From the NCBI GenBank assembly GCA_040768745.1, contig JAXGMI010000003.1, forward strand, positions 202,333-266,332: a stretch of 64,000 nt of DNA. The letters run 5' to 3'. The stretch is from Desulfomicrobium sp. GTDB taxonomy: Bacteria; Desulfobacterota; Desulfovibrionia; Desulfovibrionales; Desulfomicrobiaceae. Positions 48,209 to 58,564 of the stretch are shown here, piece after piece. The notes beneath the pieces are model-generated. The model had not been told where the DNA came from. It ran no database searches and worked only from the letters and a program-made list of their open reading frames with translations. Positions within the stretch are counted from its first letter, which is position 1; each line of letters starts with the position of its first letter. A program made the position numbers and the translations under genes.

Positions 48209-48955
48209 CTATTCCGGAACGCTTTCCATCCCGGCCCATTTGGGCTCGTGCAGAGGCAGGACGTGATCGGCCAGGGTCTTGGCCCGGACCAGGGTCTCGT
48301 AGGCCTGGTACGCATCAACATGGGTGCCCGGAGGAATCACCTCCATGTCCATGGCCCGGATGGCCTTGGGCGGATAGAGATTCTCCAGAATGGTGCAGAA
48401 CCCGCAGATCAGCACGCTGCCCTTGTCCGTTTCCACCCGCACGGACATGCCCCCCTCGGTGTGCGCCGGGGTGTGGATCATGGTGATGCCGGGAACAATT
48501 TCCGTGTCCTGGGACAACGCGACGATCTGTCCCCTGTCTTCCACCTCTTCGATGTAGTCTTCCAGATAGCGGAAATCGAGGGGATGCGGATCGTGGATAC
48601 GCGCAAGCTCCCGTTCGTGCACGTAGATCGTGGCGTTCTCGCACTTGAAGTCGTTCTCGCAGTGATCGTTGTGCAGATGGGTGTGCAGGATGATGTCGAT
48701 GTCTGAGGGTGCGAGCCCGTATTGCGCCAGCCCGGACTCGAAGGTGTGGATCCTCCCGCCAATGGCCCTCTCCCGTTCCTCGGAAACCACCGGGTTCATC
48801 TCACCGGTATCGACGAGAATCTTCCTGGCCCCGCCCTCCAGGTACCAGCAGTAGATGGGGATGGTGTACGAAGTGCCATAGTCGTGCTGATAGGTCATCA
48901 TGCCCTTGTCAAAGACCTTGGTGCCCATGACGATGGGATGGATGCGATAGGTCAT
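48209..48955 (-). CDS. N-acyl-homoserine lactonase-family metallo-beta-lactamase fold protein
   Basis: LVDTG, THLHNDH, TPAHT.G, PLHE; GGAGG RBS. Confidence 0.85.
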   Translation of the reverse strand: MTYRIHPIVMGTKVFDKGMMTYQHDYGTSYTIPIYCWYLEGGARKILVDTGEMNPVVSEERERAIGGRIHTFESGLAQYGLAPSDIDIILHTHLHNDHCENDFKCENATIYVHERELARIHDPHPLDFRYLEDYIEEVEDRGQIVALSQDTEIVPGITMIHTPAHTEGGMSVRVETDKGSVLICGFCTILENLYPPKAIRAMDMEVIPPGTHVDAYQAYETLVRAKTLADHVLPLHEPKWAGMESVPE

Positions 48956-49123
48956 GCGTGCCTCCGTGTTTGCACCTTGCCCGGAGCGGTGTCGCCACAG
49001 GCCAGTCCGGTACTGGTCCGGACCCCGGCCAGGCTGCCGGGGCGTCTGCATCGGCAAGGCGGAGCGGAAAGCGCTTGTTCGGCTCCGCCGCTCCGCCGCT
49101 CCGCTGTCAATCCCTCATAAACC

Positions 49124-50293
49124 CTAGATCCTGGCTGCGGTCTTCAGATCGGCGATGGCATCGGTCACTTCCCAGGGGAAGACCACATCCTCGCGGCCGA
49201 AATGGCCGTAGCATGCGCTCTGTTTGTAGAAGGGCTGGATCAGGTTCAGCCGTTTGATGATGAAATACGGGCGCAGGTCAAAGACCTCCCGCACGGCCCG
49301 GGTCAGGACCTCGTCGGGGACCACGCCCGTACCGCCCGTGGTGACCAGCACGGAAACCGGCTCGGCAACGCCGATGGCATACGCGATCTGCACCTCACAG
49401 GTTCCTGCCAAGCCTGCGGCGACGATATTCTTGGCCACGTAGCGGGCCATGTACGCACCCGAGCGGTCCACCTTGGACGGATCCTTGCCCGAGAAAGCGC
49501 CGCCCCCATGGTTGCCCATGCCTCCGTAGGTGTCGTTGATGATCTTGCGACCCGTCAGGCCGCAGTCCGCCAGGGGCCCCCCGGCCACGAACCGGCCGGT
49601 GGTGTTGATGAAGATGCGGGTCTTTTGGTCCATCATCTCGGCGGGCATGACCCTGGCGATGACCTCGCGCTTGATGCCCTCGACGATCTCCTCGTAGGTA
49701 ACGTCCGGGGTGTGCTGGGAGGACACGACCACGTTGTCGATGCGTACGGGCTTCCCCTTGCGGTATTCCACCGAGACCTGGGTCTTGCCATCGGGGCGCA
49801 GGAAGTCGAGGATTCCGGCCTTGCGGACTTCGGACAGCTTTCGGCTCAACCTGTGCGCAAAATAGATGGGCGCGGGCATCAGCGCGCTCGTTTCCGTGGT
49901 GGCGTAGCCGAACATCATGCCCTGGTCCCCGGCGCCCTGGTCCTCGGGCTTGCTGCGGTCAACGCCCATGGCGATGTCCGGAGACTGTTTGCCGATGGAT
50001 GAGAGCACCGCGCAGGTGTTGGCGTCAAAGCCCATGTCCGAACTGACGTACCCGATTTCACGCACTGTGGAGCGCACGATCTCCGGCAGATCTGCGTAGG
50101 CCTCGGTGGTGATCTCTCCGGCAATTATGGCCATTCCCGTGGTGACCAGGGTTTCGCAGGCCACCCGGGACCTGGGGTCCTGGGCGATGAGGCAGTCGAG
50201 GACGGCGTCGGAAATCTGGTCCGCAATCTTGTCCGGATGGCCCTCGGTCACGGATTCGGACGTGAACAGATAGTGGTCGGCATTGAGAATCAT
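49124..50293 (-). CDS. metK: Methionine adenosyltransferase
   Basis: [33 protein letters not shown]. Confidence 0.97.
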   Translation of the reverse strand: MILNADHYLFTSESVTEGHPDKIADQISDAVLDCLIAQDPRSRVACETLVTTGMAIIAGEITTEAYADLPEIVRSTVREIGYVSSDMGFDANTCAVLSSIGKQSPDIAMGVDRSKPEDQGAGDQGMMFGYATTETSALMPAPIYFAHRLSRKLSEVRKAGILDFLRPDGKTQVSVEYRKGKPVRIDNVVVSSQHTPDVTYEEIVEGIKREVIARVMPAEMMDQKTRIFINTTGRFVAGGPLADCGLTGRKIINDTYGGMGNHGGGAFSGKDPSKVDRSGAYMARYVAKNIVAAGLAGTCEVQIAYAIGVAEPVSVLVTTGGTGVVPDEVLTRAVREVFDLRPYFIIKRLNLIQPFYKQSACYGHFGREDVVFPWEVTDAIADLKTAARI

Positions 50294-50319
50294 GCAAGTC
50301 TCCTTGTCTGGGGAGTGTG

Positions 50320-51741
50320 TTAATAGCGATAGTGGTCGGGCTTGAACGGGCCGGTCACGGCCACGCCGATGTAGTCGGCCTGCTCCAGGGACAGGATTTC
50401 CAGCTCCACGCCCAGGCGCGCCAGATGAAGCCGGGCGACCTCCTCGTCCAAAACCTTGGGCAGGGTCATGACCTGGGGAGGGTACTCGTTTTTGGCCAGG
50501 TCGAGCTGGGCCAGAACCTGGTTGGTGAAGGAATTTGACATGACGAAACTGGGATGACCCGTGGCACAGCCCAGATTCACCAGCCTCCCTTCGGCCAGGA
50601 CCACGAGGCTCTTGCCATTGGGCAGCGCCCATTTGTCCACCTGGGGCTTGACCGGAATCTTGGTGCATCCCGGGGTTTTTTCCAGGAAGCCCATGTCGAT
50701 CTCGTTGTCGAAATGGCCGATGTTGCAGATGATGGCTTCATCCTTCATCTGCAGCATGTGCTCGCCGCGGATGACGTGATAGTTGCCCGTGGCCGTGACA
50801 AAGATGTCCGCCTCCAGACAGCCCTTGGCCATGGTCGTCACTTCGAAGCCTTCCATGGCAGCCTGCAGGGCGCAGATGGGATCGATCTCGGTCACCAGCA
50901 CCCGGGCCCCAAATCCGCGCATGGACTGGGCGCAGCCCTTGCCCACGTCGCCATACCCGCAGACCAGGACCACTTTCCCGGCCACCATGATGTCCGTGGC
51001 CCGCTTGATGCCGTCGGCCAGGGATTCACGGCAGCCGTAAAGATTGTCGAACTTGGACTTGGTCACCGAATCATTGACGTTGACGGCCGGAAACAGGAGT
51101 TCCCCCTTTCTGGCCATCTGGTAGAGGCGGTGCACGCCGGTGGTCGTCTCCTCGGACACGCCCCGGATGCGGGAGGCGATTCTGGTCCACTTCTGGGTCC
51201 CTGTCCTGGCGCTCTCCTTCAGGCGATCCTGCACGCAGCGGAACTCCCTGTTGTCCGTGGGCAGGGACAGCAAAGCGGGGTCCTTTTCGGCCTTGACGCC
51301 CTCGTGCACGAGCAGCGTGGCGTCCCCTCCGTCATCGACGATGAGGTCCGGGCCGCTCCCGTCGGGCCAGGTCAGGGCCATCTCCGTGCACCACCAGTAG
51401 TCTTCCAGGGTTTCACCCTTCCAGGCAAAGACCTTGGCCAGACCCTGGGCCACCACGGCGGCCGCGGCATGATCCTGGGTGGAGAAGATGTTGCAGGAGG
51501 CCCAACGCACATCCGCGCCCAGGGCGTGCAAGGTCTTGATGAGCATGGCCGTCTGGATGGTCATGTGCAGGCTGCCGGTGATGCGCAGGCCCTTGAGGGG
51601 CTTCTCCCTCCCGTACTTGACGATGAGGGCCATCAGGCCGGGCATCTCCCGCTCGGACAGCTGCATCTCCTTGGCCCCCCAATCGGCCAGCCCCATGTCG
51701 GCGACCTTGTATTCCAGAGTGGGATCGATAGGTTGAATCAT
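50320..51741 (-). CDS. ahcY: Adenosylhomocysteinase
   Basis: [43 protein letters not shown]. Confidence 0.97.
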   Translation of the reverse strand: MIQPIDPTLEYKVADMGLADWGAKEMQLSEREMPGLMALIVKYGREKPLKGLRITGSLHMTIQTAMLIKTLHALGADVRWASCNIFSTQDHAAAAVVAQGLAKVFAWKGETLEDYWWCTEMALTWPDGSGPDLIVDDGGDATLLVHEGVKAEKDPALLSLPTDNREFRCVQDRLKESARTGTQKWTRIASRIRGVSEETTTGVHRLYQMARKGELLFPAVNVNDSVTKSKFDNLYGCRESLADGIKRATDIMVAGKVVLVCGYGDVGKGCAQSMRGFGARVLVTEIDPICALQAAMEGFEVTTMAKGCLEADIFVTATGNYHVIRGEHMLQMKDEAIICNIGHFDNEIDMGFLEKTPGCTKIPVKPQVDKWALPNGKSLVVLAEGRLVNLGCATGHPSFVMSNSFTNQVLAQLDLAKNEYPPQVMTLPKVLDEEVARLHLARLGVELEILSLEQADYIGVAVTGPFKPDHYRY

Positions 51742-51773
51742 GAGAACTCCTGTGTAGGTGGCTCGCCCACCGG

Positions 51774-52697
51774 TTAATTCGAATATTGTGTCCGTCGGGC
51801 CGTGACCAGCAAAACGGTCAGTCCCATGTTTACGGGATGCCGCTCGCAGGCCTGACCCTGAAACCCGGCCCGGGCCATCCATGCCTCCAGGTCGTCTGCT
51901 GCAAAGCCCAGCCAGCGGTCCCCGTACCGGGTGCGCATGATCTCGTTGCCGTGGATGCAGAAATCCGCCACCACGACCTGCCCGCCTGGGCGCACCACCC
52001 GGCCCATCTCGGCAATGCCGGCCTGTGGGGAGGACAAATGGTGCAGCACCATGGACATGATGACCGCGTCGGCCTCCCCGTCACGCAGGGGGAGATGCTC
52101 CAGGTCCCCGAGGCGCAGGCTCACTCCTTCCCCCTCGGGCAGATGCCTGGACGCGGCCTCGAGCATGCGCGGGGAATTGTCCACCCCGATGACCCGCCCA
52201 GTCCGGTCCGCCAGCTCCCCCAACAGGTGACCTGGCCCGCATCCCAGGTCGACCACGGTCCCACGCTCCCGCAGCTTAACCCTGATGGTTCCGTTCAGGT
52301 CGAACTCGCCGAGGACCTCCCGGCTCAGACGATTCCAGTCCGCGGCGATCTCGTCGAAAAAGCGGACCGTCGATGTTCTGCGATCGCTCAGGACCTGAGC
52401 CGCCAAGTCCAGGTCCCCCCGGTGCGCAGGCATTTCTGCAAGTCCGGCCAGGACCGCCTGCAAAAGAGGCTGCGTCCCATTGTCCGCTCTGGCGGAATAG
52501 AAGGCCCACAGACCGTTGCGCTGGCAAGTCACGAATCCGGCGTCCATGAGAATCTTCAGGTGGCGGGAAATGCGGGACTGGCCCATGCCCATGACCTGCA
52601 CGACCTCTCCTACGTTGAGTTCGTGACGGGCCAGGACGCCCAGCAGGCGCAGCCTGGTTTCGTCGGCCAGGGCCTTGGTTTGGGTCAGCAGATTCAT
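51774..52697 (-). CDS. sahR: SahR: ArsR-family regulator with a SAM-binding methyltransferase domain
   Basis: [10 protein letters not shown]...[14 protein letters not shown] + DLGCGPG; first gene before ahcY-metK. Confidence 0.88.
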   Translation of the reverse strand: MNLLTQTKALADETRLRLLGVLARHELNVGEVVQVMGMGQSRISRHLKILMDAGFVTCQRNGLWAFYSARADNGTQPLLQAVLAGLAEMPAHRGDLDLAAQVLSDRRTSTVRFFDEIAADWNRLSREVLGEFDLNGTIRVKLRERGTVVDLGCGPGHLLGELADRTGRVIGVDNSPRMLEAASRHLPEGEGVSLRLGDLEHLPLRDGEADAVIMSMVLHHLSSPQAGIAEMGRVVRPGGQVVVADFCIHGNEIMRTRYGDRWLGFAADDLEAWMARAGFQGQACERHPVNMGLTVLLVTARRTQYSN

Positions 52698-52727
52698 GAA
52701 CACCACGCCATGCGGCAGTTAATTCCT

Positions 52728-52749
52728 TATATCAAGATATGTTGATATA
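52728..52749. promoter_or_regulatory. SahR operator
   Basis: Palindrome TATATCAA-GATATG-TTGATATA upstream of sahR. Confidence 0.8.
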
Positions 52750-52840
52750 TCCGCTAACCGCATCCCTGTCTGGCGTCAAGGAACGAACTGCTCCGGGATG
52801 CGCCCTTGCCCCCGCCCTCCATGCCGATTAGGGGGGATGT

Positions 52841-53341
52841 ATGGGACAACGACAGCGTAAAATCTGCTCCACGGACGAGGCCATCTCGCTGGTCCTGGGC
52901 TCTCCCGAGGCGACCATGGAACTGGCCCTGGCCCGCCTGTGGCGCCATTGGCCCGAGGTCCTGGGCAAAAGTGTGGCCGCCATGGTCCGCCCCCTGGGAC
53001 ACCGCAAAGCCACCCTGCTCCTGGGCGCGGAAAACTCCCTGGTCATCCAGGAGTTCTCTTTTTTCGCCCCGCAGATCCTGGAAAAGGCCAACGCCTTCCT
53101 GGGCACCCGCTTCTTCCAGGAGGTGCACATCGAACTCTCCGGGGGACGCCCCACACTGGACCAGCCCCTCTTGCCGGCAGCCCCGGCAGGAGCCGTACCG
53201 CCTCGACCGGCCCCCCTGGGCAACCTGTTGCCATGCCTGCCGTCCCTGTCCCCGGTGGCCAACTGCTACCGGGCCTATGTCAAACGCTTCATCCCTGAAA
53301 TGGATACCGGAGAGGGCTTATGCGACTCGCACGACTCCTGA
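52841..53341 (+). CDS. DUF721/DciA-family protein
   Basis: LWRHWPEVLG..VA...RP...L....N....QE......IL.K.N..LG pattern. Confidence 0.7.
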   Translation: MGQRQRKICSTDEAISLVLGSPEATMELALARLWRHWPEVLGKSVAAMVRPLGHRKATLLLGAENSLVIQEFSFFAPQILEKANAFLGTRFFQEVHIELSGGRPTLDQPLLPAAPAGAVPPRPAPLGNLLPCLPSLSPVANCYRAYVKRFIPEMDTGEGLCDSHDS

Positions 53342-53958
53342 CCCTGCTGTGCGTGGTCTTCATCTGGCCCCTGGCCACCTACGCCGATGACGCCGGGATT
53401 CTGCTGGACTACGTGCCCCAGGGACGCATCGTCCGCTTCGAGGATCCCGTGCAGGTCTGGCTTGGGGGAGAGGACAGGCTGGAAGGAAAATTCTATGTGG
53501 AAACCGTGGTCTCCGAACTCCGCCGGATCATCCCAACCCTGTCCATTACCCAAACCAGTTCCAGAAGCCAGGCCAATGTCCGCGTCTACCTGACGGATTC
53601 CCAGCAGGAGTGGCGTGAGACAATCGCCAAAACCGCCGAAGGCATGGTCAACTGGCAGGAACAGGGGGAATACATCCGTGGATTCACCCGCCTCGCCTCG
53701 GGAGGCGACGGCCGCATCCGGCGGGCGGACATCGTCCTGCACCTGGACTTCCAGACTTCCGGAGGCCAGAAGCTGTGGGTCGTGCGGCACGAGTTCATGC
53801 ACGCACTGGGCATCACGAGCCACCCCAAGGACGCCCGGGATTCCGTGCTCAATTCCATGCAGGCCCAGGAGGACAAAAACGGCTCCTTCTCGGACTCGGA
53901 CATCCTGGTTCTGCAAACCATTTACAGCCCCCACACCTCGGCCGGCCGGCCACTGTGA
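53320..53958 (+). CDS. Exported zinc metallopeptidase-like protein (DUF2927/matrixin-like)
   Basis: Signal peptide; HEFMHALGITSH...SVL...SDSDILVLQTIY. Confidence 0.7.
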   Translation: MRLARLLTLLCVVFIWPLATYADDAGILLDYVPQGRIVRFEDPVQVWLGGEDRLEGKFYVETVVSELRRIIPTLSITQTSSRSQANVRVYLTDSQQEWRETIAKTAEGMVNWQEQGEYIRGFTRLASGGDGRIRRADIVLHLDFQTSGGQKLWVVRHEFMHALGITSHPKDARDSVLNSMQAQEDKNGSFSDSDILVLQTIYSPHTSAGRPL

Positions 53959-54018
53959 CCCTGTCCATGTTCCGTCTTGACAGGAAAAAAGGCTTTCCAT
54001 AAAGAAGCGTTTCCCTGC

Positions 54019-54092
54019 TGGGCGATCGTTCAACGGCAGGACAGCGGACTCTGACTCCGTCAATCTTAGTTCGAATCTAAGTCGCCCAGCCA
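54019..54092 (+). tRNA. tRNA-Gln(CTG)
   Basis: TGGGCGA/TCGCCCA stem, CT-CTG-AC, TTCGAATC, CCA. Confidence 0.95.
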
Positions 54093-54096
54093 TTCC

Positions 54097-54174
54097 GTCC
54101 CCATCGTCTAGCTAGGTCCAGGACACCGGCCTTTCACGCCGATAACAGGGGTTCAAATCCCCTTGGGGACGCCA
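54097..54174 (+). tRNA. tRNA-Glu(TTC)
   Basis: GTCCCCA/TGGGGAC stem, CT-TTC-AC, TTCAAATCC, CCA. Confidence 0.95.
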
Positions 54175-54186
54175 CATTTCCACTTC

Positions 54187-54260
54187 TGGGCGATCGTTCA
54201 ACGGCAGGACAGCGGACTCTGACTCCGTCAATCTTAGTTCGAATCTAAGTCGCCCAGCCA
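54187..54260 (+). tRNA. tRNA-Gln(CTG), identical second copy
   Basis: Same sequence as 54019-54092. Confidence 0.95.
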
Positions 54261-54264
54261 TCCC

Positions 54265-54342
54265 GTTTCCATCGTCTAGCTAGGTCCAGGACCCCGGCCT
54301 TTCACGCCGATAACAGGGGTTCAAATCCCCTTGGGGACGCCA
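54265..54342 (+). tRNA. tRNA-Glu(TTC), variant second copy
   Basis: As the first copy but 5' stem GTTTCCA and GGACCCC in place of GGACACC. Confidence 0.85.
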
Positions 54343-54395
54343 ATTACGCCATGATCGGAACCTGGCCGCACCCCTGGAGGTTCGGAGATCACCTC

Positions 54396-54423
54396 AAGCC
54401 CCGGCATCGGCCGGGGCTTTTTT
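54396..54423 (+). terminator. Rho-independent terminator of the tRNA operon
   Basis: AAGCCCCGGC-ATCG-GCCGGGGCTT + T run. Confidence 0.85.
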
Positions 54424-54639
54424 GTTCCCGCCAGGCGAAAACCTGCGGCCACGATGCCCAAGGCACGACGGCCCAGATGGCTGATCCATCTGCGCACCAG
54501 GTCCGATGCAAAGGAGAGTCGGACTGCTTGCCTTTTCAACTTGTCCTGATAGGATCCCCTTCCATTCAACTCTCTCCGGCCAGAGGGCCCCTGTGCCTTG
54601 TTGACCCCCTGAATGTCCGCCGGACCCGCAAGGAGCCCC

Positions 54640-56112
54640 ATGACGCCCGAAGACGTCGCGCCAGCATGCGCCATTCCCTCCCCCGCCGCACCTGTCAATC
54701 TGGTCATCTTCGGAGGCACCGGGGATCTGGCCGTCCGCAAGATCTTTCCGGCCCTGGCCTCCCTCTGCCGCAGCCAGCTTCTGAGCCAGGACTCCCGCAT
54801 CATTGCGGTAGGCAGAAAAGACCTGGGTCGGGAGCGCTATCTCAACCAGATCATGGAAAGGCTCGCCGGCTCCATCCCTTCTGCCTGTCTGTCCGATCTC
54901 CAGGCCCGGCTCGACTATCTGGCCATGGACCCGGACGTGCCGGGTTCAGCCCAGGTCCTGGCCGCGCATCTGGCCCGGCTCGACGCATCAGGGTCCAGGA
55001 ACCGGCTCTACTACCTGGCCGTCCCGCCCGCAGCCTACATCCCTCTGTCCAGAAACCTCGGCCAGGCGAACCTTGGCGCGGAAGCCGGCGGGAGATCCGT
55101 GCGTATCGTGGTGGAGAAGCCTTTTGGCCGGGACCTGCATTCGGCCAGGGAACTGGACGCGGTCCTGCACCAGTATTTCGAGGAACGGCAGATTTTCCGC
55201 ATCGACCACTACATGGCCAAAGAGACCGTCCAGAACGTGCTGCTCCTGCGCTTTGCCAACGCCCTCCTGGAACCGCTCTGGAATCGTCGCTACATCGATC
55301 ACATCCGCATCACGGCCGCCGAGACCCTGGGCATTGGGCACCGGGCCGGATTCTACGACCAGACCGGAGTGCTCCGGGACATGTTCCAGAACCACATGAT
55401 GATGCTGCTGGCCCTCTGCGCCATGGAGCCGCCGTCGCTCTTCGAAGCCGAACTGGTTCGCGATGAGCGGTCCAAGGTCTTCCGCGCCCTGCGGCCCCTG
55501 GATCTGAGCAGGCTGGGCGAACAGCTCGTTCTTGGGCAGTACGGCCCGGGCCTGGTCGAAGGCCAGGCTGTCCCCGGCTATCTGCAGGAGCCCGGAGTGC
55601 GGCCCGACTCGTCCACCCCGACCTTCGCCTGGATGAAGGTCTTCCTGGACAACTGGCGCTGGCAGGGCGTGCCCTTCCACCTCTGCTCGGGGAAACGCCT
55701 GGCCGGCAAGCGCACGGAGATCTCCGTGCAGTTCAAGCGCGTGCCCGTATCCATGTTCCGCAATATCCATGGCGACGCCATCGCGCCCAACCGGCTCATT
55801 CTGGGCATCCACCCGGAAGAGGTGGTCCGCATGGAAGTCCAGACCAAGGGCCCGGGTCCGCAACTCTGCCTGCGCTCCCAGTTCATGGAGTTTTCCTACG
55901 GCGCTCAGTCTGTCCTGCACCGCCTGGACGACTATGCCAAGGTCCTGCTGGACTGCATTCTCGGCGATCAGACCCTTTTCTGGCGACAGGACGCCGTGGA
56001 ACTGTGCTGGGGCTTTCTGACCCCCATCCTGGACCAGTGCGACTGCCCGGATCGCGCCATCCCCCTGCACACGTATCCTGCAGGCGGCCCAGGCCCCAAA
56101 ACCGACCAATGA
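54640..56112 (+). CDS. zwf: Glucose-6-phosphate dehydrogenase
   Basis: IFGGTGDLA, EKPFG, RIDHYMAKE, RDMFQNH, NWRWQGVPF. Confidence 0.95.
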   Translation: MTPEDVAPACAIPSPAAPVNLVIFGGTGDLAVRKIFPALASLCRSQLLSQDSRIIAVGRKDLGRERYLNQIMERLAGSIPSACLSDLQARLDYLAMDPDVPGSAQVLAAHLARLDASGSRNRLYYLAVPPAAYIPLSRNLGQANLGAEAGGRSVRIVVEKPFGRDLHSARELDAVLHQYFEERQIFRIDHYMAKETVQNVLLLRFANALLEPLWNRRYIDHIRITAAETLGIGHRAGFYDQTGVLRDMFQNHMMMLLALCAMEPPSLFEAELVRDERSKVFRALRPLDLSRLGEQLVLGQYGPGLVEGQAVPGYLQEPGVRPDSSTPTFAWMKVFLDNWRWQGVPFHLCSGKRLAGKRTEISVQFKRVPVSMFRNIHGDAIAPNRLILGIHPEEVVRMEVQTKGPGPQLCLRSQFMEFSYGAQSVLHRLDDYAKVLLDCILGDQTLFWRQDAVELCWGFLTPILDQCDCPDRAIPLHTYPAGGPGPKTDQ

Positions 56113-56834
56113 CAACCATGCGCGCCTGCCTCCAGTTTGTGGATGAACTGACGTTCGGACGCGCGGCGGCCAGCCATATCGGCCGCTGCGCGCGAAAGAC
56201 GCTGGCATGGAGGCCCGCCTTCCGCATGGCCCTGTCCGGCGGAAAAAGCCCCCTGCCGGCCTTCCATGCCCTGACCGACCCCGTCATTTTCCCGCCCCCC
56301 TTCTGGGCTCGGACACACATCTTCCTGGCCGACGAACGTCTGGGCGATCCAGGCCACGCGCATTCCAACTTCCGTTCCATCAAGGAACATCTTCTGGATC
56401 TGGTACCCATCCCGGCCGCGAACATGCACCCCGTGCCCATGCGGCCGGACCCCGAGTCCGCCGCGCGGGAATACAGCGACATCCTGCTCCAGTCCTTTGG
56501 CGGTACCCCGGTCTTCGACCTCGTGGTGCTGGGCATGGGCGCCGATGGGCACACGGCCTCCCTTTTTCCCCACGGACCGCTCCTCGCGCACACGCCCTGC
56601 ACGGTCGCCCCAGTCCCTGCACCTGACCTGGAGCCGCGTCTTCCCCGCCTGACCCTGACTCCGCTGGTTCTGAATGCCGCGCGGGAGGTCCTTTTTCTCG
56701 TTTTAGGGCAGGACAAACATGCGGCCGTGCGCGCCATCCTGGACGGGAACAGGGAACTCCCGGCAGCGCGGGTCGACGCCCGCCCGCAAACCTGGTATGT
56801 GTCTCCCCCGTTGTCAGCTGCAACGACACAATAG
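56109..56834 (+). CDS. pgl: 6-phosphogluconolactonase
   Basis: ALSGGKSP, ADER, SNF, LGMGADGHTASLFP, RLTLT. Confidence 0.93.
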   Translation: MTTMRACLQFVDELTFGRAAASHIGRCARKTLAWRPAFRMALSGGKSPLPAFHALTDPVIFPPPFWARTHIFLADERLGDPGHAHSNFRSIKEHLLDLVPIPAANMHPVPMRPDPESAAREYSDILLQSFGGTPVFDLVVLGMGADGHTASLFPHGPLLAHTPCTVAPVPAPDLEPRLPRLTLTPLVLNAAREVLFLVLGQDKHAAVRAILDGNRELPAARVDARPQTWYVSPPLSAATTQ

Positions 56835-56862
56835 AACAACCCCGTCTGACTGGAGTAGAACA

Positions 56863-57948
56863 ATGGCTGGATTCGAAGGAACAAAATGGGCGGATTTCCA
56901 GGCCCGCTACATGCTCCGCGACCAATCTTTCTCCATGGTCTCCATGGCCGACAAGGTCCCGGCCGTGTCCAGATCCATCCACTACGGCCTGTGCCTGGCC
57001 TTCGAGGGCATCCGCTATTTCGTGTCCCCCTCCGGCCACGGCGGTCTGCAGATCAGGTTTCTCAACCTGCACAAGAATCTGCAGCGGTTTCGACGATCCA
57101 TCACCTACAACCTGGGCTCGGCCCAGCAGGATATGGTGCCCACGGAAACGGAACTGGAAGCCATGATCCTGCGCTATTTCCGCAGCCCAGAAATGGCTGT
57201 TTTCATGCGGGAGATGGCCGACACCCGCGGCCAGGGGTACCTGCGGCCATTCACCGTGGATGAAGCCCAATCCATTGGCGTGACCTTCCCGGATGCCCCG
57301 TCCATCCGCATGGTCACCTGCAAATACGACCGCTACATGGGTGAACCCTTCAGCGGCGTGACCGTCCCCCACTTGGTCCGGGCGGTGGCCGCCAACGGCA
57401 CCGGATGCCTGAAGCTCGGCATCAACTATCCCTTGAGCGTGAAAGCCGTGGACGAGGCCAGAAAAGTCCTGCCCGAGGCCACCTCGGCCCTTTTCCTGGA
57501 CGACAGGCTCGATCGTCCCCTCATGGAGCGCCTCGTCACGGAATGGGACTCGTCCTGCTGCCTCATCGCGCTGACCGACGGCACGGTGGTCAAAATCCCG
57601 GACAGCCCCCTGATCCTGCCTTCGGTAACCATCGACGGCATCTGTTCCATCCTGCGCCAAAACGGAATCGCGGTGGACGAGAGAAACATCGCCTATGGGG
57701 AACTGGTCCGCCGCGGCCAGTCAGACGGAATCGCCGCCATCTGCTCCGTGGGCACGGCCGGCATCCTGAACCGGGCCCAACGTCTAGTCATGGTGGACGA
57801 GGACAACCTTCCCTGCGCGGAATACCGGGCCAGGACCGACCATCCCGTCTACCTGGCCCTGGGCCAGGCCAGACAGACGTACTGGGACATCTACCAGGAA
57901 AAAGCCCCCTTGCCGGCAGGACAGAAGCTGGAGGCATTCTCTGTGTGA
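56863..57948 (+). CDS. Class IV PLP-dependent aminotransferase (divergent IlvE-like)
   Basis: IHYG...FEGI, YLRP, LKLGINY (putative PLP Lys), ILPSVT, SVGTAG. Confidence 0.75.
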   Translation: MAGFEGTKWADFQARYMLRDQSFSMVSMADKVPAVSRSIHYGLCLAFEGIRYFVSPSGHGGLQIRFLNLHKNLQRFRRSITYNLGSAQQDMVPTETELEAMILRYFRSPEMAVFMREMADTRGQGYLRPFTVDEAQSIGVTFPDAPSIRMVTCKYDRYMGEPFSGVTVPHLVRAVAANGTGCLKLGINYPLSVKAVDEARKVLPEATSALFLDDRLDRPLMERLVTEWDSSCCLIALTDGTVVKIPDSPLILPSVTIDGICSILRQNGIAVDERNIAYGELVRRGQSDGIAAICSVGTAGILNRAQRLVMVDEDNLPCAEYRARTDHPVYLALGQARQTYWDIYQEKAPLPAGQKLEAFSV

Positions 57949-58016
57949 AGGGGTGGACAACGCTGACTTGCGGTGTTGACATCCGGTCCAAGACTCTCTA
58001 TCTGCCTTCCACGCCA

Positions 58017-58092
<76 letters not shown>

Positions 58093-58102
58093 CAGGAAAA
58101 TC

Positions 58103-58135
58103 AAGGACTTGGATATTAAAATCCAAGTCCTTTTT
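58103..58135 (+). terminator. Terminator hairpin after tRNA-Ala
   Basis: AAGGACTTGGAT-ATTAAA-ATCCAAGTCCTT + T run. Confidence 0.8.
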
Positions 58136-58237
58136 CTTTTTTCTCAAACCTTTCCCCGCACCATTCCCCGCACGGGGGCCTAAACCGAGCCCCCGCCCCG
58201 CCTTGTCTCGGGCGTTCTGGCATGGTACTTTTTCTCC

Positions 58238-58498
58238 ATGAAAAAAATCAGTCCAGATTCAGACATTTTCGAGGCAAAGTTCAAAGATCGATACGAGGCC
58301 CTCTTCCCCCAGATCGACGGCCGCCGGTATCCTGGGGATCGGAATTGGTTGGACAGGTGCTCGTCCTGGGAGCTTTTTGCGTCCGAATACGGAGAGTTCG
58401 CCGCCGAATGTCTGCGGGCCAACATGGACCAGGCGCAGCAGTTCCCCAAGCTTGCCGAACTGGTCCTTGAGGCCTGGCCGGAAAAGCCCCGAGGATAG
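58238..58498 (+). CDS. Hypothetical protein (86 aa)
   Basis: ATG-started ORF with protein-like composition; no family recognised. Confidence 0.45.
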   Translation: MKKISPDSDIFEAKFKDRYEALFPQIDGRRYPGDRNWLDRCSSWELFASEYGEFAAECLRANMDQAQQFPKLAELVLEAWPEKPRG

Positions 58499-58564
58499 CC
58501 CCCTGACCTCCCCACGGCCCGCCTGACGCGTTCCAGGCGTTCGGGAATAGAAACGGGAATTTGA

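Noticed and set aside
49058..49105. GCTCCGCC short tandem repeat
   Set aside because: Best explained as part of a GC hairpin after metK
50294..52760. SAM/SAH riboswitch for metK/ahcY
   Set aside because: Intergenic gaps are too short, and regulation is explained by SahR and its operator, which is a known system
54019..54342. CRISPR-like direct repeats
   Set aside because: The repeats are duplicated tRNA genes; no repeat-spacer array or cas genes anywhere in the window
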